NCBI GenBank assembly: GCA_020429915.1
Contig: JAGQKV010000015.1
Location: forward strand, 1,593 to 65,592
Direction of reading: 5' to 3'
Source: Candidatus Omnitrophota bacterium
Lineage (GTDB): Bacteria > Omnitrophota > Gorgyraeia > Zapsychrales > Zapsychraceae
Length of the DNA: 64,000 nucleotides
Below the pieces are notes generated by a model, which searched no databases, had not been told where the DNA came from, and was given only the letters and a program-made list of their open reading frames with translations. Of the stretch, positions 1 to 9,600 are shown piece after piece; positions within the stretch are counted from its first letter, which is position 1; every line of letters begins with the position of its first letter. The position numbers and the translations under genes were made by a program.

Positions 1-562
1 AGTCCGTCACCGGTTTCGAGAAAACTGTGCATCGCCTTGAGCATCCGCAACGCCTCCGCATCGGTAAAATTGCCGATCGTGGATCCGGGGAAATACACGA
101 CCCTTTTGCGAAACGGAAAATCGATCTCGGGCAGGTGCAGTTCGCGGGTGAAGTCCGCGAACAGGGCGTGAACCTTGAGTTCAGGGTAGTCCCGCTTCAG
201 GTCGAGCACCGCTTCTTTGAGATGATCGTCGGAAATATCGATGGGAATAAACCCGGCCAGATGATCGCAGTGTTCCAGCAACAGACGGACCTTCTCGCCG
301 TTACCGCTGCCGTACTCGATCAGCAGGCATTCCTCTCCCAACCGGCAAACGATGGGCTGAATGTTATCGCGCATGATGTCCAGTTCGGTCCGGGTGGGAT
401 AGTATTCCGGAGTTTCACAAATCTTGGTGAACAGCTCCGATCCGGTCTCATCGTAAAAATATTTGCTCGGTAAGGATTTCTGCCCGCGGGACAGGCCTGC
501 GCAGACATCGCGGAAGAAGACATCCTGCTCGGGTTTGATATTCTTGAAACTGATTTCCGTCA
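1..562 (-). CDS. egtD: L-histidine N-alpha-methyltransferase EgtD (N-terminal ~187 aa; C-terminus lies beyond the window start)
   Basis: Minus-strand translation from the ATG at 560-562 reads MTEISFKNIKPEQDVFFRDVCAGLSRGQKSLPSKYFYDETGSELFTKICETPEYYPTRTELDIM..., which matches the EgtD N-terminal signature (LP.KYFYD..GS.LF..I...PEYY.TR.E). The ATG overlaps the egtB stop (ATGA), the usual egtB-egtD arrangement. Confidence 0.75.
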
Positions 563-1831
563 TAACTCCAATCCATCGTCGGCCAACCGGATGCCCATAA
601 ACTGCCAGCGCTGGTCCGGGTAGAAAAAATTGCGGTAAGTCGGCCGGATGTGCGACTGCGATGTGGCGCACGATCCGCCGCGCAACACCTTTTGATTGCA
701 CATAAATTTGCCGTTGTACTCTCCGACCGCACCGGCCGCGGGCCGGTAACCGGGATACCCCACATACGGTGAAGACGTCCACTCCCACACATCACCGTAG
801 GCTTGCGAGCTTTCCGGGCTGCAGGCGTCGAGCGCGACCGGGTGGAAATAGCGGCGGTCCACAAAATTCCCAGCAATTTCCTCGTTGCGAAAGGCGACCT
901 CCCACTCTTCTTCGCTAGGCAGGCGTTTGCCTTTCCAGCGCGCGAACGCGTCCGCCTCGTAAAAGCTGACATGGCATACCGGCACGTATGGATTTACCTT
1001 CACGTAACCGTTCAGGGTAAAATAATGCCAGTCATTGCCTTCCAAATCCCAGTACAACGGGGCCCGCCACTGCTGCTGTCGCACGGCGCTCCAACCGTCC
1101 GACAACCATAACTCGGGACGTTCATATCCGCCGTCGGTGATAAACTCGATATACTCGCCGTTGGTGATCAGCCGGGAACCGATCTGAAACGCGGGCACGA
1201 TCTTGTCGTGACGCGGGAATTCATTGTCATAACCGAATCCGTTACCGTCATGGCCGATGGCCTGAACCGATTCGGGAAAGCGCGTGTAGCGCAATGGCGG
1301 GGTACTTTGCGCATAGAGAATGGCGCAGTTCCAGTAAACGGGGTGCAGCGGGCTGCAGGCGAAGACGTGCTTCAAGTCGGTAATCATCAGTTCTTGATGC
1401 TGCTGTTCATGATGCAGGCCGAGTTCGATCAGGGCACTGATCTCATCGGCCGCCGCCGGATCCGGATCTTCCAGGAGCGCTTGCATCCGCTCATTGACGG
1501 CATGACGATATTCAAAGACCTCCGCGACCGTCGGCCGGGACAACTGCCCGCGATTTGCCCGACAGTGCCGGTCGCCGACGGCATTATAGTAAGAATTGAA
1601 TATGTAAGAATAGCGCGGATGATAATCGCGATAGCCGGCAATGAATTTCTTGAGCAGAAAAGTCTCGAAGAACCACGTGGTGTGCGCCAGGTGCCATTTG
1701 GCCGGACTCACATCCGGCATGGTTTGAACGACAAAATCTTCAGCCGCTAAATGTTTGCAAAGTTCTTCGGATAACCGGCGGACCGCCATGAAGCGCTCAC
1801 GCATGGTCGGCAGTTGTGTCTCTACGCTCAT
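560..1831 (-). CDS. egtB: Ergothioneine biosynthesis sulfoxide synthase EgtB (DinB-like N-terminal domain plus FGE-sulfatase domain)
   Basis: 423-aa ORF with a DinB-like region (HLAHTTWFFETF) followed by an FGE-sulfatase-like C-terminal region (GDVWEWTSSPY...RGGSCATS), and translationally coupled to egtD. Confidence 0.85.
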   Translation of the reverse strand: MSVETQLPTMRERFMAVRRLSEELCKHLAAEDFVVQTMPDVSPAKWHLAHTTWFFETFLLKKFIAGYRDYHPRYSYIFNSYYNAVGDRHCRANRGQLSRPTVAEVFEYRHAVNERMQALLEDPDPAAADEISALIELGLHHEQQHQELMITDLKHVFACSPLHPVYWNCAILYAQSTPPLRYTRFPESVQAIGHDGNGFGYDNEFPRHDKIVPAFQIGSRLITNGEYIEFITDGGYERPELWLSDGWSAVRQQQWRAPLYWDLEGNDWHYFTLNGYVKVNPYVPVCHVSFYEADAFARWKGKRLPSEEEWEVAFRNEEIAGNFVDRRYFHPVALDACSPESSQAYGDVWEWTSSPYVGYPGYRPAAGAVGEYNGKFMCNQKVLRGGSCATSQSHIRPTYRNFFYPDQRWQFMGIRLADDGLEL

Positions 1832-1896
1832 AAAGATTACCTCACGCTATCGATTAATCAACTTTGTGCGGTACGGCAGGATCCCGGCCCGTGACG

Positions 1897-2400
1897 CTAC
1901 TGGACCGAGACGATCTTGACATCAAACTGTAGGGTCTTGCCCGCCAGCGGATGATTGAAATTCAATACGACGGTGTTTTCCTTTACTTCCCAGACGATCG
2001 CGGGTACCGCCCCGCCGTCCGGATTTCTGATCTCGATGATCATTCCCGGCTCAGGGGTAAAATCGGCGGGGAACTTGGACTTTTCGACCTCGCGGTAGGC
2101 CTCTTCGTTGATCTCACCGTAGGCGTCTTTCGCGGCAACGATGACCGTCCGCTCGTCCCCGGCTATCATGCCGGCCAACTTTTTCTCCAGACCAGGAATG
2201 ATGGCGCCGGCGCCGTGTTCGTATTCCAACGGTTCTTTCCCTTCGGAACTTTCCACGACCTGGCCGTCGATGGTGAGTTTGTAATCGAACTTTACCGTCC
2301 GACCGTCTTCAATCTTGATTTCCTGGGCTTGAACAAGGGTGGGATAGGTACTGCCGGTAAAGGCCAGCAGGGCCAGACAAACGGGCAACACAAAACGCAT
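1897..2400 (-). CDS. FKBP-type peptidyl-prolyl cis-trans isomerase, periplasmic (signal peptide)
   Basis: 167 aa. The N-terminal signal peptide is MRFVLPVCLALLAFTGSTYPTLVQA. The rest is an FKBP fold (VKFDYKLTIDGQVVESS...LEYEHGAGAIIPGLEKKLAGMIAGDERTV). Confidence 0.8.
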   Translation of the reverse strand: MRFVLPVCLALLAFTGSTYPTLVQAQEIKIEDGRTVKFDYKLTIDGQVVESSEGKEPLEYEHGAGAIIPGLEKKLAGMIAGDERTVIVAAKDAYGEINEEAYREVEKSKFPADFTPEPGMIIEIRNPDGGAVPAIVWEVKENTVVLNFNHPLAGKTLQFDVKIVSVQ

Positions 2401-2403
2401 GGA

Positions 2404-2661
2404 TTACTCCTCACTGACGGGATTGGCGACGGCAGCCGCAGCTTCCGACGTCTGCAATTCATTCAACCTGGTGACGGCGGTCGCCTTCAGGCCCTTGGCC
2501 GCCTTTTCCGCTTGGTACTCGACTGTTTCGCCATCGTTAAGGAATCTGAATCCGTCGCCCTGAATGGTGGTGTAGTGGACGAAAACGTCCTCGCCGGCGT
2601 CCGTGGTGATAAATCCGTAGCCCTTCTTGCGATGAAACCATTTGACAATGCCTTTGGCCAT
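2404..2661 (-). CDS. Cold-shock domain protein (CspA family)
   Basis: 85 aa. MAKGIVKWFHRKKGYGFITTDAGEDVFVHYTTIQGDGFRFLNDGETVEY is a typical CSD with RNP1/RNP2-like motifs. There is a long 5' leader upstream. Confidence 0.85.
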   Translation of the reverse strand: MAKGIVKWFHRKKGYGFITTDAGEDVFVHYTTIQGDGFRFLNDGETVEYQAEKAAKGLKATAVTRLNELQTSEAAAAVANPVSEE

Positions 2662-2814
2662 GGTGCGTCCTCCTTATTGAGGTTTTTGGGGTTGGGATAT
2701 TGCCTATGGCCTAACCAGCGGAGGGATCAGCTACATGTCAATTCTCTCCAGCAGCCTTATCACAATACACCTTGGCCAAAGGATTGTCAAATTTAAGTCA
2801 GCAGCGAGGAGGAC

Positions 2815-3825
2815 TTACCACGCCTTTTGCCAGCCGACGGTAAATTCCAGATCCGAAATCAGCTGCGGACCGTTCACATCGACATCGATCGGAAAACCGA
2901 CTTCAAGGGCGAGCCGGTGACCGTGCAGCCAATTGTCTCCGGTTCCGATCAAATTAAGTCCGAAAAGGGCATCGAGTTGACGTCCCGCTTGTCGTGTGGG
3001 ATCGGCCGTCTGCACCATGTTCGGATTGAGGTCCGGATCGGCGCCGTCGATATCTCCCCAATACTTTTTACGCAGTCGAAATGAGCCGGATACCCAGTCC
3101 GCGGGTTCATAAGCAATCCAGGTACTTGCCTCGTACCGGTTGCCCAGCGTATAATCACGGTCGTTCTCGCCCAAACGCTGCACCGCCGTGAACTGCGTTC
3201 CCCAGCTCAACCGTTCATGCTGACCGGTGTAGGTTATGCCGGGATGCAGATCGTAGGTCCCCGAGCCGAGCTGCATGGGATACGGCAACAGCTGGTTCGG
3301 CCCCATGGGCGTGCGGTCCCGCTCATCGATGGACCCGCTCGGGAAACTGACCCCGAAATTCAGATGGACGCGCTGCGTTTCGTCTTGATAGACCGAAAAA
3401 AGTCCGGACAGCTTGATATCACCGATACCCGAAGAACTGGTGCTGAACATCCCGCCCATCCGTGTGCGATGGTCCATATCCTTCTCGACGTACGGAATCA
3501 TCAGCATAATTGTGATATCATCAGTCAAACCGTACATACCGCCGACCATATGCATGTCCATGGTCATGCTGAGCGGAGCCACCATAAACTCGCTCAGGAC
3601 CCGACTGGTGTCGACCTCGTCTTCGCCAACATAGGTTTCATCCATGTCCATCCGCATGTAGCGGTAGGAGACCATCCACTCCCCCTGCTTGTGCAAGTGA
3701 TCCCCCATGACACCGATCGGGGCATGATCATTGGCCGTGCTGTGGGCCGCGGCCGTGGAAACGGACGTGATGACAAAAACAAAACCGATTAAGTTGCATA
3801 CAGTCTTTCGGATCAAACTATGCAT
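2815..3825 (-). CDS. Outer-membrane beta-barrel protein (putative transporter; resembles the MetA-pathway phenol-degradation-like OMP family)
   Basis: 336 aa with a signal peptide and a body rich in Gly and aromatic residues. The C-terminus GWQKAW ends in an aromatic residue, typical of OMP barrels. It sits immediately upstream of mlaD. The family assignment is tentative. Confidence 0.5.
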   Translation of the reverse strand: MHSLIRKTVCNLIGFVFVITSVSTAAAHSTANDHAPIGVMGDHLHKQGEWMVSYRYMRMDMDETYVGEDEVDTSRVLSEFMVAPLSMTMDMHMVGGMYGLTDDITIMLMIPYVEKDMDHRTRMGGMFSTSSSGIGDIKLSGLFSVYQDETQRVHLNFGVSFPSGSIDERDRTPMGPNQLLPYPMQLGSGTYDLHPGITYTGQHERLSWGTQFTAVQRLGENDRDYTLGNRYEASTWIAYEPADWVSGSFRLRKKYWGDIDGADPDLNPNMVQTADPTRQAGRQLDALFGLNLIGTGDNWLHGHRLALEVGFPIDVDVNGPQLISDLEFTVGWQKAW

Positions 3826-3881
3826 AAAACACTCCTCTACTGAGTATTGAAAAGTAATTTGAAATGGTTACGGAAGGGATA

Positions 3882-4256
3882 TCAGACCGGTTTGGGGACC
3901 GGTTCGGGAAGCTCTTGCTGGGGATCGGGATAAAAAGTAGGCGCGGGTGCGATAAATCGGCCGGTTTTTAGAGCAGGGGTTGCGGTCAGAACGAGGACGG
4001 TTTCCATCGTTCCTCCGAACGACGGAAAGTCCAACCCCGGTTCTCCCCGGCCGCCGGGCCGCTTGAAGGTTAACCCGCCGTCTTTGGCTCCGTGCTGATG
4101 ATGGCGGTGGGTACACATACAAACCAGGCGCCGGCCGTTACAGATCTTTCCTTCCTGGTCCGCCCGGATAAACGCGCCCAGGGGAATGATCCAGGCGCAA
4201 AAACTGATCAAGGCCAGTAACAAGGCACCACTTCGGATGTAGGGTATTGTTTGCAT
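3882..4256 (-). CDS. Hypothetical small membrane protein with a Cys/His-rich motif (CMCTHRHHQHG)
   Basis: 124-aa ORF between the OMP gene and mlaD. It has an N-terminal hydrophobic helix. There is no homology call and it may not be expressed. Confidence 0.25.
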   Translation of the reverse strand: MQTIPYIRSGALLLALISFCAWIIPLGAFIRADQEGKICNGRRLVCMCTHRHHQHGAKDGGLTFKRPGGRGEPGLDFPSFGGTMETVLVLTATPALKTGRFIAPAPTFYPDPQQELPEPVPKPV

Positions 4257-4338
4257 TTTAATACAAGACGGATTAACGAAGAAGGCGATTATAGGTAAAC
4301 CGGCGGGAATTGTAAAGATCTTTCTGAGCGGGGTCGCG

Positions 4339-5091
4339 CTATTGACCGCCGCGTTCTTCTTTGAGCATCTGAATACTGCGCTCGCGCTTGTCCTTCGGAC
4401 GGTACAACAATTTCCACGGATTCATTTTTAAATCATAGGTAAACTGATCAAGATTGACCGCCGCGGAGCGCATCCGGGACATGGTATCGTCGATATTCTC
4501 TTCGTTGACCGTGATCCGTTCATCCAGATTGGCGGTAATCGATCGGAGACTCGCCATGCTGGCGTCGACATTGACCACGATGCGGTCGATGGCCTCTTTG
4601 TTTTTGGTGAGCCGTTCATTGAGATTGACCGAAATCTCCCGAATCTCCTTGGCGATCTCCTGCCCGTCCAGCAGCAGGGTATCCATGTCCGCCGGATCAC
4701 GGCCGTAGATCACGGAGCCGGGCTCAAGATAGCCGTTACCAGATCCCGTTACGGCCAGACCGACGTACTTCTCCCCCAGAAATCCCATGTTCTTCACATA
4801 CGCGCGGGTGCCTTTGGTCAACCGCGCGCTTTGCTCCAGCCAGACGGTCAGCTGCAGCATCGTCCCGCCCGGCTGCTCCACGATATCAATCGCCTCCACC
4901 TTGCCGACCTCCAGCCCGTTGAGCATGACCGGCGCGTTCAGACTCACCCCGTCGATATTCTTAAAGAGGACTTTCACCGTGTACCCTTCCTTCACGAACC
5001 GGAAATCGCCGGACTTAACGGTGAGATAGGCCAACAGTCCGATCACCACGGCGATCATCATCCCGATCTTGGCGTTATTGGATATTTTCAT
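4339..5091 (-). CDS. mlaD: MlaD, MCE-domain phospholipid ABC-transporter substrate-binding protein
   Basis: 250 aa. N-terminal TM anchor, then an MCE domain (VKVLFKNIDGVSLNAPVMLNGLEVGKVEAI), then a C-terminal coiled region. It follows mlaF and mlaE. Confidence 0.85.
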   Translation of the reverse strand: MKISNNAKIGMMIAVVIGLLAYLTVKSGDFRFVKEGYTVKVLFKNIDGVSLNAPVMLNGLEVGKVEAIDIVEQPGGTMLQLTVWLEQSARLTKGTRAYVKNMGFLGEKYVGLAVTGSGNGYLEPGSVIYGRDPADMDTLLLDGQEIAKEIREISVNLNERLTKNKEAIDRIVVNVDASMASLRSITANLDERITVNEENIDDTMSRMRSAAVNLDQFTYDLKMNPWKLLYRPKDKRERSIQMLKEERGGQ

Positions 5092-5118
5092 CAGTTCCCC
5101 CCCGCTGGTAAACGGTGT

Positions 5119-5883
5119 CTAAGTGATTTGAATCGGCCCCTCGATGTTGCCATGTATGAATTGCTGAACGATCTCGTTCTTGGACCGCTTGATCTGCTCC
5201 GGGGTGCCCACTTCCAGGATCCGTCCCTGATAGATCATGGCCGCGCGGTCGGCGATGCGCCAGATGCTTTCCATGTTGTGGGTCACCACGACCGATGTCA
5301 AATTCAGTTTCTTGGTAAGATCCAGGATCAGCTGGTCCACTACGTGGCAGACCACCGGGTCCAATCCCGCGGTCGGCTCGTCGTAGAAAACCACTTCCGG
5401 GTCCATGGCGATGGCCCGCGCCAGACCGACGCGTTTTTTCATCCCCCCCGACAATTCGCTCGGGTACAGATTCTCAAATCCCTTCAGGCCTACGAGATTC
5501 AGCTTCATCTTGGAAATGATCCCGATAATCTTGTCGTTGAGTTTGGTGTGTTCCTGCAGCGGCAGGGCCACGTTTTCCTGCACCGTGAGAAAGTCGAGCA
5601 GGGCCGCGGACTGAAAGCTCATGCCGAAACGGCGTTTGATGTCCTCGGCCTCCTCGCCCTTGACCGCATTGATTTCCTTGTCCCCGAAATAAACCTCGCC
5701 CTTTTCCGGAGTGATCCCGCCGGTCATGATTCGCAGCAATGTGGACTTGCCGCTGCCCGACCCGCCCATGATCACAAAGGTCTCGCCGACATGGATGTCC
5801 AGGGTGACATTGTCGAGCACGGTGCGGGTGCCGAAGACCTTGGTGATGTTGCGTACCGATATCGCGGGTTTGGCCTTGACCAT
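5119..5883 (-). CDS. mlaF: MlaF, phospholipid ABC-transporter ATP-binding protein
   Basis: Walker A GGSGSGKST and signature LSGGMKKRVGLARA. The gene order mlaE-mlaF-mlaD is as expected. Confidence 0.9.
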   Translation of the reverse strand: MVKAKPAISVRNITKVFGTRTVLDNVTLDIHVGETFVIMGGSGSGKSTLLRIMTGGITPEKGEVYFGDKEINAVKGEEAEDIKRRFGMSFQSAALLDFLTVQENVALPLQEHTKLNDKIIGIISKMKLNLVGLKGFENLYPSELSGGMKKRVGLARAIAMDPEVVFYDEPTAGLDPVVCHVVDQLILDLTKKLNLTSVVVTHNMESIWRIADRAAMIYQGRILEVGTPEQIKRSKNEIVQQFIHGNIEGPIQIT

Positions 5884-5884
5884 G

Positions 5885-6685
5885 CTATATCTCCGAAAAA
5901 TAAAAGATGCCGGTGACGACCGCGTCGGCCAGGATGATCAGGATAAAACTCGTCACCACACTGACGGTGGTGGCCTGCCCCACTCCCACCGCGCCGCCGC
6001 GGGTGCGCAACCCCTGATAAGCGCCGACCATGCTGATGATGACGGCAAAGACAAACGGTTTGGTTAATCCGGTGTAAATATCCTTGAGTGTCAAGAAATC
6101 AAATGAGGTCTGCATGTACAGCGCCGGGTTGATATTCAGGCTGTAAACACCGATAACATAGCCGCCCATAATCCCGGCCACGTCGCCGATGACGGTCAAA
6201 CACGGCAGCATGACCAGTAACGCCAGGAATTTGGGGACCACCAGAAAACGCACCGGGCTGATGGCCATCGTTTGGATGGCCTCGATCTGTTCGTTGACCT
6301 TCATGGAACCGATTTCGGCCGTGATGGCCGCCCCGATCCGTCCGGCGATGACCAGGGCGGTGAGGACCGGTCCGAGCTCGCGGCAGATACTGATGCTGGT
6401 GAGGCTGGCCACGTAGATCTTCGCCCCCATCTTGGACAATTGGTAGGAGGATTGCATCGCGAGGACCACGCCGGTGAAAAAGGTGACAAAGATCACGATA
6501 ATGATCGAATTCACCCCCATGAACACCATCTGCCGGCTGACCGCGGATCCGTTCACCGGTTTGCCGCGAAAAGGCCCGACGACAATCCAGTAAAGGGTGT
6601 CGATCAGCAGTTTGAGAAAATCGCGCGTGACCGCGAAGTAATATGTTACGGGCCGGCCGAGATTTTCGAAGATCCTAAGAATCAT
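5885..6685 (-). CDS. mlaE: MlaE, phospholipid ABC-transporter permease
   Basis: 266-aa polytopic membrane protein of the MlaE/YrbE family, translationally coupled to mlaF. Confidence 0.85.
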   Translation of the reverse strand: MILRIFENLGRPVTYYFAVTRDFLKLLIDTLYWIVVGPFRGKPVNGSAVSRQMVFMGVNSIIIVIFVTFFTGVVLAMQSSYQLSKMGAKIYVASLTSISICRELGPVLTALVIAGRIGAAITAEIGSMKVNEQIEAIQTMAISPVRFLVVPKFLALLVMLPCLTVIGDVAGIMGGYVIGVYSLNINPALYMQTSFDFLTLKDIYTGLTKPFVFAVIISMVGAYQGLRTRGGAVGVGQATTVSVVTSFILIILADAVVTGIFYFSEI

Positions 6686-7088
6686 GTTTCACGTCGGACT
6701 GCAGGTTGGCGGAGCAGACCACCGAGATTGTCCGCAGCAACTCCTGGGTATTGATCGGTTTGGTGAGGTAGGCGTCCGCGCCCATCTGCATCCCGATCTC
6801 GATGTCCTCAAGTTCGTCGCGGGCGGTGACCATAACAATCTTGATGTCCCGGCATTCCTCTTCGTTCTTGATCAACTGACAAAAATTGAAGCCGTTGATC
6901 AGCGGCATCATGACATCCAGGATGATCAGATCCGGCTTGTTGTCCATGGCCAGTTGCAGTCCGCGGTCCGCCCGGTCCGCGCGGGACACGGCGTACCCCT
7001 CCCTTTCGAGGACGCGCGCCAGCAAGGCCACCTCGACCGGTTCGTCATCGACAATCAACACTCGCGTTTGGCTCGTCTTGGCGTTCAT
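6675..7088 (-). CDS. Stand-alone response-regulator receiver domain (CheY-like)
   Basis: Start placed at the internal Met (MNAKTSQTRVLIVDDEP...). The canonical DD, phospho-acceptor D (LIILDVMMP), T (VMVTA) and K (YLTKP) are all present. It overlaps the mlaE start by ~11 nt. Confidence 0.75.
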   Translation of the reverse strand: MNAKTSQTRVLIVDDEPVEVALLARVLEREGYAVSRADRADRGLQLAMDNKPDLIILDVMMPLINGFNFCQLIKNEEECRDIKIVMVTARDELEDIEIGMQMGADAYLTKPINTQELLRTISVVCSANLQSDVKHDS

Positions 7089-7098
7089 AAACTCCTGA

Positions 7099-7716
7099 TT
7101 ATTCCGGCGGTTCCCGGTCAATCTCGGTATGGATGATCTGCATGTGAATATCGTACAGGACCGAGAGATAGGCGACAAAAAAGAAGGCCACGCCCAGGAT
7201 CTTGAATATTTCCTGAAACAGACTCAACGGATAGGTGTCCTCGAAAAAGTAGTCGGAGATAATCATACATCCGAAAAACATCGAGGCCACCAAAAACATG
7301 AACACGAAATTGCCGTACTGGAGGACTTGTTTGCGGTACCGGCAGATGGTGACGGCCCCGATCACGCCGAAGGCGGCCAGGACCCATTCGTCGAAAGGAT
7401 GTCCGCTCTCCCGCCCGCCGAACAAACGGAGGACGCCGCTCCCGATCCCCTCATGGATTATAAAGTATTCATCCAGACAAAGATAGAAAAAACCCAGCGC
7501 AGAAAACAGCCAGAAGTTCCAGCTTTCATAACCGTCGACAATCTTGTGATGGAGAAAATTGACCAGGGCCGCGATCAGCGACGTCCCGGCCAGGAGCAGC
7601 GCGGAAAAGAAGGTAAAGAACTCGTGCTCCTGAAAATAATGCATCGGGTCATAGTGATTAAGACCCGCGGTGGTGGCCCACAAAAAAAGCCCGACGCTGA
7701 CACCCAGCGCCGTCAA
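7099..7716 (-). CDS. Hypothetical polytopic membrane protein
   Basis: 205 aa with several hydrophobic helices and no recognisable family. It lies between the ABC-2 exporter and the receiver gene. Confidence 0.5.
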   Translation of the reverse strand: MTALGVSVGLFLWATTAGLNHYDPMHYFQEHEFFTFFSALLLAGTSLIAALVNFLHHKIVDGYESWNFWLFSALGFFYLCLDEYFIIHEGIGSGVLRLFGGRESGHPFDEWVLAAFGVIGAVTICRYRKQVLQYGNFVFMFLVASMFFGCMIISDYFFEDTYPLSLFQEIFKILGVAFFFVAYLSVLYDIHMQIIHTEIDREPPE

Positions 7717-7850
7717 AATAAGTTGATGCGATGCCTTGATGAAACCCCTCCCGATTCCGTCGTTTGTATTCCATGAGAATTATAACAAATACGGATCAAA
7801 TCAGAAGGAAAATGGCAATTATTATGGCTAAAACAGGACCGTGCGCGAAT

Positions 7851-8633
7851 TCAGGATCGCAGCCCCGTCCCCTTGCCCAGAAAATAGAAAATAACGGCGG
7901 TGAAGATGGCCGCAAAGAGGATGAGGATCAGGAAACTGAGCAGGATATTGACATCCGAGAAACCGTAAAAACCGTAGCGGAAGCCGTTGATCATATAAAG
8001 GATCGGATTGACCCGCGAGATTGTCCGCCAGACACCCGGCAGCAGGCTGATCGAGTAAAAAACACCGCCCAAATAAGTCAGCGGCGTCAGGATAAAGGTC
8101 GGAACGATGGATATGTCGTCGAACTTCTTGGCCAGGATCCCGTTGATCAAACCGCCCAACGCGAAAACCACGGCGGTCAGCACGATAAAGACCATGATGT
8201 AGCCGAAGTGATGAATCACCGGCCGGGTAAAAAACACCGAGACGGCAAAGACCAGCAGACCACACAGGATCCCCCGTAAGGCGCCGCTGAAGGCATACCC
8301 CCCGACAATCACCCAGTTCGGCGCCGGCGACACCAGCAGTTCTTCCACACTGCGCTGGAACTTGGAGCTGAAAAACGAGCCGGCCACGTTGACGTAGGAA
8401 TTGTTAATCACCGACATCATCACCAGCCCCGGCACGATAAACGCCATGTAGCTGACGCCGTTGATGTCGCTGATCTGAGATCCGATGAACTTGCCGAAGA
8501 TCAGAAAATACAACGACTGGGTGATGATCGGCGGAAAAAGCGTCTGTGGCCAGATCCGTAAAAACCGCACCACCTCTTTGCGGAAGAGCGTGTACATCGC
8601 GACCATGTTCTGTTGATGGGTACTGCGGGTCAT
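7851..8633 (-). CDS. ABC-2 family transporter permease (YadH/NodJ-like)
   Basis: 260-aa six-TM protein with an ABC-2 membrane-domain pattern. It overlaps the upstream ATPase gene by 4 nt. Confidence 0.8.
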   Translation of the reverse strand: MTRSTHQQNMVAMYTLFRKEVVRFLRIWPQTLFPPIITQSLYFLIFGKFIGSQISDINGVSYMAFIVPGLVMMSVINNSYVNVAGSFFSSKFQRSVEELLVSPAPNWVIVGGYAFSGALRGILCGLLVFAVSVFFTRPVIHHFGYIMVFIVLTAVVFALGGLINGILAKKFDDISIVPTFILTPLTYLGGVFYSISLLPGVWRTISRVNPILYMINGFRYGFYGFSDVNILLSFLILILFAAIFTAVIFYFLGKGTGLRS

Positions 8634-9538
8634 TTAAGCAGCTCCAGAAATAATTTCTCCATACGGTTGCCTTGCGGACGGAAATCCCGGATAGACATCC
8701 CGGTCGACTGACTGACTTTATTCAGCAAGGCTGCGATATCGGTCCCTTTGGACAACTCCATGGTGAATGTGTTGTCATCGACGCGCTGCGCGTTGATGTC
8801 GGCCAGCGGACCGATGTCGGTGACCCGGTCCACGTGGACGACGTATGTCTCCTTCTCGAGAATGCCCACCAGATTGCGCACCGAATCATTAGTAATAATC
8901 TTACCGTCCTTGATCATCGCGGCGTTGCGGCACATCTGCTCAACTTCTTCCAGATAATGTGTCGTCAACAGAACGGTGAGTCCGTTACGATTCAGATCGC
9001 GCAGATAATCCCACATGCTGTAACGTAACTCAACGTCCACCCCGGCGGTGGGTTCGTCCAGGATCAGCAGCCGCGGGCGGGTGATCAGGGCACGTGCGAT
9101 CATCAAACGCCGCTTCATCCCGCCGGACAGATTGCGGGACGGCTGGGATTTCTTTTCCCACAACTCCAGACGCTTCAGGAGCTGTTCGCATTCGGAGGCG
9201 GCCTCCGCACGCGGGATGCCGAAGTAGCCGGCCTCTGTCAGGACGATGTCTTCGACCTTTTCGAATTGATTGAAGTTCATCTCCTGCGGCACAACCCCGA
9301 TCATGCGTTTGGCCGCGTTGTGCTCGTGGTCGATGTCGTGTCCGAACACGCTGGCCTGTCCGCCGGTCTTGTTGACCAGCCCGGTGAGGATCCCGATGAT
9401 CGTGGTCTTCCCCGCGCCGTTGGCGCCGAGCAACGCGAAGAAATCTCCGGCCTCGACCTGAAGATCGATCCCTTTGAGGGCCTCGGTGCCGTTGGCATAC
9501 GTCTTGACCAGATTGGAAATGGAAATGGCTTGGTTCAT
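8630..9538 (-). CDS. ABC transporter ATP-binding protein (ABC-2 / YadG-like)
   Basis: Walker A GANGAGKTT, signature LSGGMKRRL and Walker B LLILDEPT. A C-terminal extension is typical of the YadG family. Confidence 0.85.
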   Translation of the reverse strand: MNQAISISNLVKTYANGTEALKGIDLQVEAGDFFALLGANGAGKTTIIGILTGLVNKTGGQASVFGHDIDHEHNAAKRMIGVVPQEMNFNQFEKVEDIVLTEAGYFGIPRAEAASECEQLLKRLELWEKKSQPSRNLSGGMKRRLMIARALITRPRLLILDEPTAGVDVELRYSMWDYLRDLNRNGLTVLLTTHYLEEVEQMCRNAAMIKDGKIITNDSVRNLVGILEKETYVVHVDRVTDIGPLADINAQRVDDNTFTMELSKGTDIAALLNKVSQSTGMSIRDFRPQGNRMEKLFLELLK

Positions 9539-9600
9539 AAGATTGGGATTATATCACAAATCGCCGCCGCAAACCGGAATTCGTCAAGGCGACGGGAAAA

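Noticed and set aside
27-473. 148-aa plus-strand ORF at the window start
   Set aside because: It is the antisense frame of the egtD gene. The minus-strand translation gives a clean EgtD N-terminus.
4831-5916. 361-aa plus-strand ORF overlapping mlaF/mlaD
   Set aside because: Antisense to canonical Mla genes. Composition-driven open frame with no recognisable domain.
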